Assembly: GCF_006345805.1 (NCBI RefSeq)
Contig: NC_043001.1
Coordinates: 99,448,001 to 99,512,000 of the forward strand
Reading direction: 5' to 3'
Source of the DNA: Octopus sinensis
Lineage: Eukaryota
Length of the DNA: 64,000 bases
Shown: positions 12,480 to 23,675 of the stretch, one piece after another
Position numbering within the stretch: the stretch's first letter is position 1
Layout: the number at the start of each line of letters is the position of its first letter
Made by a program: the position numbers and the translations under genes
The notes under the pieces: generated by a model
The model's database searches: none
Told to the model about the DNA's origin: nothing
Seen by the model: only the letters and a program-made list of their open reading frames with translations

Positions 12480-12710
12480 GGGCGTATGGCGTAGTGGTTA
12501 AGAGCGCGGGCTACTAACCCCAAGATTCCGAGTTCAATTCCAAGCAGTGACATGAATAATAATAATAATACAATTGATAAATACCTAGATAAATAAGAAT
12601 CCAGGTTCGAAATTTCCCCAAGGCACCTGATGAAGGCTGGAGGGTATTATCAGCCAAAATGTTGTGTTAACAAACAAAATGAGGACAAATATCCGTCTAA
12701 TGTAAATAAT
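12480..12710 (+). mobile_element. tRNA-derived SINE (family D) with a hammerhead-like 3' domain
   Basis: A box TGGCGTAGTGG (12487-12497), B box GTTCAATTC (12532-12540), short (AAT)n, then a body shared with 13245-13429. Confidence 0.8.
12622..12668 (+). ncRNA. Minimal type-I hammerhead ribozyme motif, degenerate (GAAA changed to AAAA)
   Basis: Stem I ggcac/gtgtt, CTGATGA core, extra A, stem II ggctg/cagcc, AAAA, then TGT-T at the cleavage site. Folded by eye. Confidence 0.55.
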
Positions 12711-13244
12711 GAAAATTTGTTTTATTCTCACTTTTCTTTATGACTACTTTTGAGTAACATTTCATTTCAAATTCAAAATTTGTTTTATTAGATAAATAGA
12801 TAGAACCCCCCCCCCCTCCGGATTTACAGTTTACACATCTTATACGCGTGGAGGTTTTTTTTTTATTGCGGGTGCCACTGACTTGTGTGTATACGTGCGT
12901 CCATCTACTGACTGGAGCAGGTCTGCACATCCACTGACTAGCGCGGGTGTGTGCATCGGGTCCACTCTTAAGTAGTACCTATTTATGTTTTGAGTATATG
13001 AAAATATGAATGTTCGCTGCCCCTGACCTCCTACTTTCCCTCAAATCCCTTATTTTGTTGGTTCGGAAAAAGCAGGGACGAGGTGGTAAAAATTTACCAA
13101 CTTTACTGATGGCATGCTGTTCGTGGTCTGTGAAGGGCATAAACGTCACAAATTAGATGGTTTCAGCAAAAAGTGATCCAATCCTCTTTTTGCTGGCACA
13201 CCAAACAAGCGAACAGGTTTCAGTTTTCGGATGTAACTTTTCCT

Positions 13245-13429
13245 CCGAGTTCGATTCCAGGAAGTGACCTGAATAATAATAATAACATCGAAAAATACCT
13301 TAAGGATGAGAACCCAGGTTCGAAATTTCCCTAAGATACCTGATGAAGGCTGGATGGTATATCAGCTGAAATGTTGTGTTAACAACAAACAATATGAGGA
13401 CAAATATCCGTCAATTGTAAATAAATAAT
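13245..13429 (+). mobile_element. 5'-truncated second copy of family-D SINE
   Basis: Starts at the B box (gagttcgattcc) and is colinear with 12530-12710. Confidence 0.8.
13335..13380 (+). ncRNA. Minimal type-I hammerhead ribozyme motif (core CTGATGA and GAAA intact; stems carry G-U substitutions)
   Basis: gatac-CTGATGA-A-ggctg[gatggtatat]cagct-GAAA-TGT-T-gtgtt. Confidence 0.55.
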
Positions 13430-13719
13430 GTACATATATATTTACATACAAAAATATACATACATATATACTTGCACACATAAACACATACATACACAAA
13501 AATACATAAATATAAACAATTCAACTGAGCAAAAATTAAGGAAGTAACAAATTTTCACAGAAATAGCTGAAGGTATAGTTACACTTCTCATGTACAGCTA
13601 TAGAAAGATTGCCCTTGCAAACGATTTTTTAGATGCTGTTTCTGCTCTGTGTTTGAAAGGAAAATTTTAAAATTACATTGACTTATTCATGAACATTAAC
13701 CTATTAATCCTCTTTTACT

Positions 13720-14165
13720 TACTCTGACTTGTTTCAGTCATTGGACTGCAGCCATACTGCATCTCTACTTTGAAGGATCTTTAGTTATCAGACTACTAAC
13801 TTATGGTCCGTATTTACTGAGCACCATGTTTTTTAGTGTTGTCAGCATAAAGACAGACTTGTAAACAAATGCACACACACACACATGATGGACTTCTTTC
13901 AGTTTCTGTCTTTAAATCTACAAATCACAATGCTTAAGTTAGCCTCTGACTATAGTAGAAGACACTTGCCTGATGTGCCACACAATGGGATTGAACCAAA
14001 AACCATGTGGTTGGTAGACACCTTAACTTCACAGCCATAACAGACTCCTGCAGTTTCTGTCTACCAATTTCACTCACACTAAGTCTAAAGTAGAATACTC
14101 TCATCCAAGATACTACTCAGTAGGACTGAACCCCAAACTGCATGATTGTGAAACAAATTTCTTAA
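13720..14165 (-). mobile_element. Degenerate family-A SINE pieces
   Basis: cttgtttcagtcattggactgcagccat and gaagacacttgcc...ccatgtggttgg motifs. Confidence 0.65.
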
Positions 14166-14354
14166 CTCCACAGCTAATTGATTATAACCAATTAGTCTAA
14201 TTTCAAAACAATTGCTATAATTTGGCTACAGAATAGAAAATTAATATTTTTATGATATTTCTGTGTAATTTTTTTTTAATGTGTTTTCCTTGAAAAAGAG
14301 AACAATTTGATTTTAAAGTAATTTGCAATTAAATAAAATCTAATTTATTTTCAG

Positions 14355-15862
14355 TGTTCAAAAGGAAGATGGTAATACTGAAGTAAAATGTTTTGCGAAA
14401 AAAAAGGGAAAGAAGAAATTAAACACTTCATTGAAAAATGATTCTGTCATTGAAATTGATACAAAAGCAAATGACATCATATTTATTTCTGAAAACAAGG
14501 GTAACCTTTTGGACAATTCCAAGAAAGAATATTCTACGAAAAAGAAAGATAAAACAAAGAAAAGAAAATATTTAGATGTAAAAGAAAAGCAAGAAGAAGA
14601 ATATTTGGAAGAAACAGAAAAAATTGAAGAACTTTCTGAAAAAAGAGAAAAGAAAAAGAAGAAAGAATGTGCAAAGAAAAAGGAAAAGGTTAAAGCACAT
14701 TTAAGGGAAAAGGAAAAGGAACATGTAGAAAAGAAAGAACATACAATGAAAAGGAGAAGGAAGGAAATAGAGGTGTATGAGGAAGAGTCACCATTGTTGA
14801 GTGTTGAATCCAAAAAGAAGAAAAAGAGAAAATCTGAAGCATGTGATTATGTACCTGTTGTAAAACTGGATTTTGAGAATAGTCCCGAAGAATTAGTTGA
14901 AAGAGACCAGAAAAGACACGGGAAAAAAATTCAAAAGCTTCATGAATTATGTAAAAATCAAAGTACTGACTGTGATCAACATAAAGAAATTGTCATTGAT
15001 GATGATGACGATGAGGAGGAGGAGGAGGGAGCAGAGGAGTATAATAATAATATCAAAGGCAATAATTCTGACTTAAACAAAGAAATTATTATTGATGATG
15101 ATGATGAGGAGGAAGAGGAGGACAAGCCAAATATTAGTAGTGACAACAGAGATCTGGAAAATAACAATATTAAAATTACACCTGTTGTATCTCTTTCTGA
15201 AATTCCAGACAATCAAGCGACACTGCAAAATAGTGATTTATGCGAAAAACCTAAGTCTTCTCAAAAGGAAGAGATTTCTCTTTCAACAATTTCACCAATT
15301 TCAACAACACACACAAAAAAGAATTCTGATATAATTGTTAATTCCAGTAAGAAAAATATTCCTGTGAAAGAAGCAGTTGAAGTTTTTGGTATTTCAAATG
15401 AAAATCTGACAGCAATTTGTAAAGCAGTTGAAAAGGGGGAATCCCTTACACTAAGTGGGAGCAAAGTAAAAAGAATTGAACTTTGTCCCAGTGTGAATGA
15501 GAATGTTTTTAACATGAACAACATTGTCAGAAATGAAAAACTTCTCATAAATAAAATTACTGAAAAAAATGGCAGCAAACCCCACAGAAGAAGGCCTAGA
15601 AAGCGCCGGCATGGCCCAAGTTTTGCTTGTGCTCCTTTCATTCAAGCAATGAGCTCACATTCTGAAGGTGATGCTTCTTCATTGAATTCCACACCTAAAA
15701 CATATGTACCACAACACTCAAACAGTGTTTATTCTTCTCGAAATAATTCTGACAAGCATATCCATTTTGACTCAGAAGATGAGGCTGAAGAAACTGCTAG
15801 CAACATCACCTCAGCTTGTGATGAATTGGAACCAAGCCATTCTACACCAATACCTGTCGACT
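14355..15862 (+). CDS. COIL: Coilin exon 2 (Lys/Glu-rich, NLS-like, acidic and Ser-rich central region)
   Basis: Acceptor tttattttcag|T completes the exon-1 codon (phase 2) and is in frame with ORF 14431-15882. Donor GACT|GTAATT, phase 1. Confidence 0.85.
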
Positions 15863-15944
15863 GTAATTTTCTGTTTTTCTAATTTAATTTTCCTTTCACT
15901 TTAATTTATTCATGCTTGCTTGCTATATTTATTTGATATTTTAT

Positions 15945-16265
15945 ATGCATGGCTGTGTAGTTAAGAAGCTCACTTTGCAACCACATAGTTTTGAGTTCAG
16001 TCCCACTGTGCAGCAGCACCTTTGGCAAGTATCTTGTAGCGTATGTCTGGACCAGTCAAAGTCTCTTGAGTGAATTTGGTAGATGGAAACTGTGTAGAAA
16101 CTCATAATATGTAACTATATATAAATGTGTGTGTGTTTGTGTTTCTTCCTCCACTGTGTGGCAATTAAGAAATAAGTACTGGGATCGATTTGTTTGACTA
16201 AAACCCTCAGGGCAGTGCTCTAGCATGGCTGCAGTCCAATGATTGAAACAAGTAAAAGATAAAGA
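15945..16265 (+). mobile_element. Family-A SINE (decayed)
   Basis: tggctgtgtagttaagaagctcactttgcaaccacat...gaaacaagtaaaagataaagat. Confidence 0.75.
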
Positions 16266-16466
16266 TATCCATGGAATATTCAGCTACTTGCATGCTAATT
16301 CAATGAGCAGCAAGTTTTGTTGATTAAATGATTGGTTCTTCATTGTCAAAACTGACAGAGACCCATCTACTTACATTACCATTGAAAGTTCCATAAAGAA
16401 GACTTGAACCCAGTACTGTTATCTATTGTTAAAACATAAAAAGTCCAGATGGTTTAAACAAAGAAA

Positions 16467-16594
16467 CTGTACCAAGACATTTTGTCTACCAAGCTGTACC
16501 AAGACATTTTGTCTGCCAAGCTGTACCAAGATACTTTGTTTGCCAAGCTGTACCAAGATATTTTGTCTGCCAAGCTGTACCAAGACATTTTGTC
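16467..16594. repeat. 27-bp minisatellite, about 4.7 copies
   Basis: Unit ctgtaccaagacattttgtctgccaag starting at 16467, 16494, 16521, 16548 and 16575. Confidence 0.95.
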
Positions 16595-18425
16595 CTTTTT
16601 TAGATGGTCTGTAGGGCCCTAACAATAGGATAAAAACTATCAATCTTTTGGTCAATTATCTAATACTCTGTCAGCTCAACCATCTGCAATCTTCACTCTT
16701 GCTACTTATTTACTAGATAGTTTTTGCTTGTCTTGGTCACAAAAACAGTACATCATAGGAAACAGGATACTTATTGTGAGCAGTCCCACACTATATTTTG
16801 AATCCATCATTTTTTTTATTTCCTTTGACCAATATATTTTCACATAGCATATCCCAGTTGAAATTCCTGTTAATGACTAGTATTTTGGTTTAATGCCTCC
16901 CCATCCCATCTTTCTTAATTTGTTGTAAGAATTAAAAAGAAAAATTGTGAGCCACTCCAGGATAAAAGAACAAATTACTTTAAGCCTGAGAGGAGAAAAA
17001 TGGGTAAAATGTATTAACATTTTAAGTTAAGTCAATGGACTCCTGCTGAGGATGAAAACCAGATTACTTACTAGCTTATTTCACTAAATGAGTCTCTATC
17101 ATTACCATTGTTCAATATGTTTACCATGCTGGCATAGGCTGGATGGCTATGCAATAAAGGATCAAAATCAGTTTGTTGCTGGATTATTACAACATATGAA
17201 CCTTTATTATAACCATCTCCATAGATTGAATGAATCTGTAATATAGTATACCACTAATTTGCTTTATGTTTCATTTTCTTCTCTGTTAGGCCCACTACAT
17301 ATTAAGATCTGCTGTAAGCACACAGCACATTTATGCTCAGGTGATATCATCCAGATGTATCATATTTCAATATGAGGATAACCACTTTATATCAGTTGGT
17401 GTTTTTAGTGCCCAGTTATGGCCTTAGTGTATTCTTAATCTCTGTTGTTAACAAGTGAAAAAAGCTAGTAATGTTGTGATGCATTTAAGGATGACTATTG
17501 ATGGTAGTAATAACAATTTTGTTAATACATTTTATTTTCTTATTGATTTGACGTGGTGAAAAGGACTGTGCTACATTCTCTCTGAGATCATAGGATTGAT
17601 GCAATCAATTTTCTTCCAAGTGAATGAATGTAAGAAAAACATGCACAGGGAGGAAATTACAAATGGCTCACATTTTTGGAGGAAAGAACTGGGCATAGTG
17701 GTTAGTGAGAGGTATGGTGGAGATAGTTGCAATATGAGCAAGTTGGTATTCCTATGTGGGAATAGCATGAAACAAGCTATCTCTGAGTAGTAGCATTTCA
17801 AAAAATAGATAGAAAGAAAGAGAGAGGAGACAGCATATCTGTTAATCAGATATTGGAGTATTGGTAAGCATGGATATGTAGTTAAATGCATTTTCTTATA
17901 TTTGAATTTTACTTTATTTTTATATTGTGAGTCATACTGTCAAGTAAAATGCATATACTGGTTGTATTTCACTTCAGTTTTGTCATCAGTTAATTAGACA
18001 ATTATTTCATTTATTGGTTAATAGGTTTCATAAAAGTTCTTTCATTACAACCTGTGGCCTTATGGATTAAACTTTAAGACATGAACACAATACAGAACAA
18101 GGAATGTGTGCTAGCACAGAGAAGTCACACAAGTGACACATCATTGATAAGCTCAGATGAAAGAACTTTAACAAATCAATTAATCAGTTAATAGATTAAC
18201 TAATTATCTAAACAGATGATAATAAAACTGAAGTAAAATACAACTAATACATGTGTTTAAATTGGCAGCATAATGCTCTGAAAATATAACAACTGTTTCA
18301 ACACATATCACATATCATGAATCTTTCGACTCAACTGTAAAAACAAAATTTTATTTTAAAAATATCTTATTTCACTAAATTTTGTCTTTCTTTATATTCA
18401 CTGAAAACATTTAATTTACTTTCAG

Positions 18426-18652
18426 CTTTGCAAAAAGACAATCATAAAATTCAGTTACCCAATGTGGAAAACTCATTAGTTTCTGAAACCTCTGAACCTC
18501 AATCAAATGTGGACAATTGGTCGACATTTTCTGTTCGAAATGCCCTGCGAAAGAACCCTGGCGTATACCAACGAGGAGTTGGTCTTGTTAAATCATTTGA
18601 AATGTCATCCTCAACTGCCATTATTCAACAAGATAAACAATTACAAAATAAG
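18426..18652 (+). CDS. COIL: Coilin exon 3
   Basis: Acceptor tttactttcag|CT (phase 1, matching exon 2). Reads LQKDNHKIQLP...QDKQLQNK. Donor AAG|GTGAGA, phase 0. Confidence 0.8.
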
Positions 18653-19219
18653 GTGAGATTCAATATATAATTAACTGGTCAATTATATTTCTATCTAATT
18701 ATTGTTTGTACCAATATACTGGAGGATAGTAAGTTCTGTCATTTGACTCTGCATTATGGATTCTATTTCTTGTTTAAGAAATCTTAAACTTCACATATGA
18801 ACTATTTCCAGTTACAGTCATCAGTCCGAACTGGGATTGGATCCACTAGACTCATTTGTTATCAACACACAACATGAAAACAACACTCTACAACTTTCTG
18901 GCCTATGATCACATCATCTCACTGTTAATTGTATCACTACTATAACATCTCTGATTTAGCTAGTTGCAGACCACTTCCATCCAAACCAACTTAGCACATT
19001 TGTGTCTCCTCTCATTATACCCATATTATGTGTTTTGCTCACTCAGGCACTGTGCTGACACCTATGCCCAATTTTCCTTAGCCAGAATGTTAATGCTTCT
19101 GGAATCCTTTCCCACTGATGTTTTTCCTGTGAATGTTGGTTTGGATTGATTGCTTAAACTTTACATCGACCATATCAGTCTCACCAGCTAAAATCACAAT
19201 CATCTAACTAAAAATAAAA

Positions 19220-19445
19220 TAACCCAATAGTTGATGCTGTTGTCATGTGAAAGTACTCTCAGTACACACTGTAAAATGATTGGTGTTAGGAAAGGCATCC
19301 AGCCATAGAAATCATGTGAAAATAGAACCTGCTAGTGACATATGATCCCCCACCCTGTCTAGGAGAACAGTAACTCAGAATAAGAACTGACTCAAATTGT
19401 GATTACCTGATCAACCCATGTTAGCATGGAAATGAGGGTGTAGAA
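19220..19445 (+). mobile_element. RTE-tail SINE fragment (family C)
   Basis: aaagtactctcagtacacactgtaaaatgattggtgttaggaaaggcatccagcc...ccatgttagcatggaaa. Confidence 0.65.
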
Positions 19446-20615
19446 TAATAATGAATGATAATGATTATTGTTAAGAGTCATTTTCATTGCCAGTTTCTAT
19501 TTATTTCAGTATTAGATGTATCCACCAATGGGTTGTCTGTCTTAATTATGGGAGAAAAAAGTAAGATGCTGTAATGTTAACACTTATCTCTAGGTAACAT
19601 CAGTGGAATGAAATACTTACAACCAGTAATCCAAATTAATTCACAGAGTTAATTCAACAGGAATATGCTTCTGTCTTTTAGTTTATGGTTCTCCATATTT
19701 TTATAAATTCACAAAAATATCTTGGTACCCACATTTCATTAGGTTTCCTTGATTCCAACATTTAGTTTTTTATTAAATACAAGCATAAGTTCACTGCCTG
19801 TAATTGAACTTAGACTAACACACTTGCACATTATCTGTTGGTGCTGGTACTGTGTTGGTAAATTCCCTTCGTAACACTTAGTCACTCTACCATAAAATAA
19901 ATATGGCGCTTATTTTGCTGGATTTTTTAAAGAATTCTATGTAAGCACCTGAAGCATGCAACTGGAAAAATTGAGCAGTGGATGTGGATGCTCTGAAAGT
20001 GTAGTTGTGAAACTAGAGTGAAGGACAGATTCTATGACGCTAGTTTGCAAGATGTAATGCTGCATTGTAGAGAAATGTTGGGCCTTGAATGTTGACTGTG
20101 TGAAGTGCCATATATAGCTAATTAGTGATAGGACTCAGTATCACACACACACACACACATACATACACAAGCCAATATGATCTGTAGTTGGCATCGTTAT
20201 TGTCTATTTTTGACAGGAAGATATACTGAAGTAATGTAATATACCGTAACCTACCTAGAAACAACAAAGCACCTACAGAGAATCTGAACTGACAGTCTAT
20301 AAGCATGTAGCTCAGTACCTTATCTACTCAGTCATTCTACTCACTCATACTGAGTTAGTTAATTTGAGCCAAATTAACTAACTAACTAACTAACATACTC
20401 ATACACACAAAGACATGCAAAAATTGCATCATATTTTTTAAATGTGAATAAATATCTTTTTGCATTCTTATTTGTTTACACAATCTTTATATCTAATTTG
20501 TGTGCAATTTATATAAATTGCTGCTTTTGTATTTTCAAGCAAGAAATAACTTTATCTTTTTCATTTTCATATTTTGGCACCTACATTCTGAAAAAAAAAA
20601 AAATTTTAATAAAAG

Positions 20616-20714
20616 AATCAAGCCCAACTCAGCTCATCTGTTTCGAAACCTAACTATGATGGTTTCCCTCCATTAACTGGAATCCCACGTGTAGATGACA
20701 GAATTGCTTTTAAG
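20616..20714 (+). CDS. COIL: Coilin exon 4 (start of C-terminal Tudor-like domain)
   Basis: NQAQLSSSVSKPNYDGFPPLTGIPRVDDRIAFK, compared with human [21 protein letters not shown]. Donor AAG|GTAAGA. The only phase-0 AG after an in-frame TAA at 20610 is at 20614-20615. Confidence 0.88.
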
Positions 20715-21289
20715 GTAAGATATGATTTGTACATATGCAGTATCTATATTTTTGAAACAATATGTGACAAAATTGCTTTGAATATGAGGTTTGTTTTATA
20801 TCTCACATTTCTTGAAAAATAGGATTGGTTATAGGTTTCTAATAAGGTCACTCATAGACTCCCTGCATTTCTGCCAATGAATGTCACAGTGGTGTGTCTG
20901 TGCAACTCAAATGGAATAAATACAAGATTTTTTGTTTGGTGTACTGGCTTATCAGCTTCTGCACCTGTGGTTATAACTTTTGATAATATATGTCAATGAA
21001 AGATATACACATGTATATGTATATGCCAGATGATTTGAAAGTCCTTGCCATTAAATGTCCGTTGTGAATGGAACAATGTTCAGATCAGCCAAATTTTTTT
21101 TTTCCTTGTTTTTAATCGTAGCATCATGTTATTCATTTCAGCGACACTGTTTTAATGTTAAACGCTGCCACCTCACTTCTGTAGTGTCCTGAATATGTAA
21201 ACCCTGTCCTTTTAATCCTATTGAGTTAGATCTTGGTCATTTGCAGTGTTCCCTCCCTTCCCATCCCCACCAACTATATTCCTTTTTTC

Positions 21290-21580
21290 TTTTATTTGTT
21301 TTAGTCATTTGACTGCGGCCATGCAGGAGCATCGCTTTTAGTTGAGCAAATTGACCCCAAGACTTATTCTTTGTAAGCCTAGTTCTTATTCTATCAGTCT
21401 CTTTTGCTGAACCACTAAGTTACGGGGGACATAAATATATCAGCATCTGTTGTCAAACAATGTTGGGGGGGGGGACAGACAAACAAATACACACACACAT
21501 ACATATATATATATATGCAGTGAGACTGAACCCAGAGCCATGTGGTTGGTAAGCAAGCTACTTACCACACAGCTACTCTT
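21290..21580 (-). mobile_element. Family-A SINE (decayed)
   Basis: gtcatttgactgcggccatgc...ttgtcaaacaatgttggg...gaacccagagccatgtggttggtaagcaagct. Confidence 0.75.
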
Positions 21581-23220
21581 ATGCCAAGTCTTTCTCTTGG
21601 AACTTTTCTTCTATACCGGAAACCTGTATAGAAAGCTCTCTTCTACCTTCCCCTTCCCTCCTGCTGGCATCAGTTCACTCACAGCAACAGTACTACTGTC
21701 CCTCATATCCCTGTTCCCTTTAGCCATCCCTTCTTCACCCTTAATTGTAGGCATATTTAAAGGTAGGTCTGGTGGGAATGTTGAAATACTGGAAAAAAGG
21801 TGTGTAGATGTGTGTTGCATTCATAAAGTGAGGTGGAAGGGAGCTTCTACCGGGTTCTTCACAGGCAATGAACTTATATAAAATCTTCTGAGTAGGCAAT
21901 AATGTTGGGGTTGGTGATGTGGGTATACTTCTTGCTGAGAAATAGGCTGATAAGGTAATCAAATTAGTCAGATGTGTGATAGGATAGTTAAGCTTAGAAT
22001 AGTTTTGCAGATTGGAACAGCTTCTATCATTTCTGCCTACGCTCCTCAACTGGGACTTCCAGATGAACAGAAAGATCAATTTTATGACACCCTTTTGCAA
22101 ACTACTTTATCAACAAATAACAGTGACCTTCTCTTTGTGGCTGGTGACTTCAATGTGCATGCTAGGAAGCATCCAAGTGGCTTTTATGGGGTGCATGGAG
22201 GCTGTGGAGTCAGTTCTCACAATGAGGAGGAAACTAGGCTGTTGGAGTTCTGTGATAAATAGTCAGAGATTTAGAGATGTTCTAATTGAAGCTTTTGATG
22301 AGAAGGAAGAGGAATTAGTAAAATATAACATATAGGACAATTGGAGGTTCCTACAGGATAACTTAATGAGGACCATTAGCCAAATTTGTAGCTGGTGCAA
22401 AGTCCCCTCCAGACTAAGGTGACATGGTAATGAAGCAGGAAAGCAAACAGAGCCATTAAAGCAAAGAAATAGGTTTGGAAGGACTAGAAGAGGGGTGGTA
22501 GCAGAAAAGCTATATCAGGTTGCTATAAGGGAAGCTAGGCGACAAGGTATATTCAGCTAGAGAAGAATTAGAAAGGAAGAAATTTGACAATGTTCTGCAG
22601 CATGAAGACCCAAGGCTTGAGGTGTTTCAGATTGCCAGACAGTGTGGCAGAGAAAATCCTGATGTAGGTGAGAAGTGCATTCACATGGATAATTATTCAC
22701 TTGCAGTTAGTGATTCTGCAAAGGAAGAGGCTTAGAGATGTCACAATGAAAAGCTGCTAAAAGTGGAGAATGCATGGTAGGAGAGTGTGCCTAATGTGGA
22801 CCCAGTTGAGGGACCAGCTATGCAAATCAACAATAGCCTGGTAGATATAGCAATTAAGGATATGAAGACAGAAAAATACCCCAGCCCATCAGGAATCACT
22901 GCTGAGATTCTAAAAAATATCTGGCAGAGTGGAATATGGTATAGTCACTTGTACAGCCAATCGGGTTGTCCATGAGGGAGTCATGTCCATAATGCTGGTG
23001 TAGCAGCATTATAGTCAACTGCTACAAAAGATAAGGTGATGCTTTAGACAGAAATAATTACAGAGGTCTCAAATTGCTGGATCAGCTGATGAAAGTTACA
23101 GAAAGGGTCATAGCTCAACTAATTAGGAAGAAAGTTAGCCTAGATGAGATACAGTCTGGTTTTGTGCCAAGAAGAAGTGCAACTGATGCTAACTTCCTGA
23201 TCAGGCAACTGTAGAAGTAT
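21580..23220 (+). mobile_element. Decayed RTE LINE, 5' half (EN plus RT N-terminus), in coilin intron 4
   Basis: EILEKRCVDVCCIHKVRWKG, ISAYAPQLGLPDEQKDQFYD...VAGDFNVH, and NYRGLKLLDQLMKVTERVIAQLIR. Confidence 0.85.
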
Positions 23221-23627
23221 GGAAATTTCTCATAAAAGATGTAAATTCATAATTCAGAAGCTAAGAATGAGAACTTCTAGTATTATATTTCTGATTGTGA
23301 CATTTCAACTCACCAAGTTTTCCTAAAACTAAATACTGTTTGGATTTTTAACCTGGTATTTTACTGTTTCAACAACTTTACCACTGTCAAATAATTGGTC
23401 TAAGGAATGGTAGATCATCGTTGTCGTCATCATCATCATCACTTTACATCTGCTTTCCATGCTGATATGAGTTGGACAGTGTAATAGGAGCCAACTTTTG
23501 GCATGGTTTCTACAGCTATGCACAAATCAATTCTATGCCTTTGATTCTATTTAAAAACATATTTTACTTTCGTTTTTGATATCTTTAAAAAAATTTTGTT
23601 AAATATTTTATTTTATATTTTTTCTAG

Positions 23628-23675
23628 AGACTGGAAATTGGCCTTGATTATAGTCCTGTCATATCTGATTATAGA
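23628..23675 (+). CDS. COIL: Coilin exon 5
   Basis: tttttctag|RLEIGLDYSPVISDYR|GTAAGT, compared with human LLELTSSYSPDVSDYK. 48 nt, phase 0/0. Confidence 0.92.

Larger units (their letters stand above)
12098..12979. mobile_element. MITE/fold-back element with long imperfect TIRs, containing a nested SINE
   Basis: ggtactacttaag(aa)gagtggacccga at the left end and tcgggtccactcttaagtagtacc at the right end. Inverted similarity extends about 150 bp, reflected in the mirrored ORFs 12115(+) and 12930(-). Confidence 0.75.

Noticed and set aside
12480-12550. tRNA-like heads of SINEs (also 46730, 50376, 50873, 52010) as real tRNA genes
   Set aside because: No complete acceptor stem or cloverleaf, and each is followed by a repeat body.
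14358-15641. Minus-strand ORFs 14358-14813, 14976-15212 and 15261-15641
   Set aside because: Antisense shadows of the Lys/Glu-rich coilin exon 2 (poly-F/S/L composition).
16467-16594. Direct repeats as a CRISPR array
   Set aside because: Contiguous units with no unique spacers, eukaryotic intron, no cas genes.
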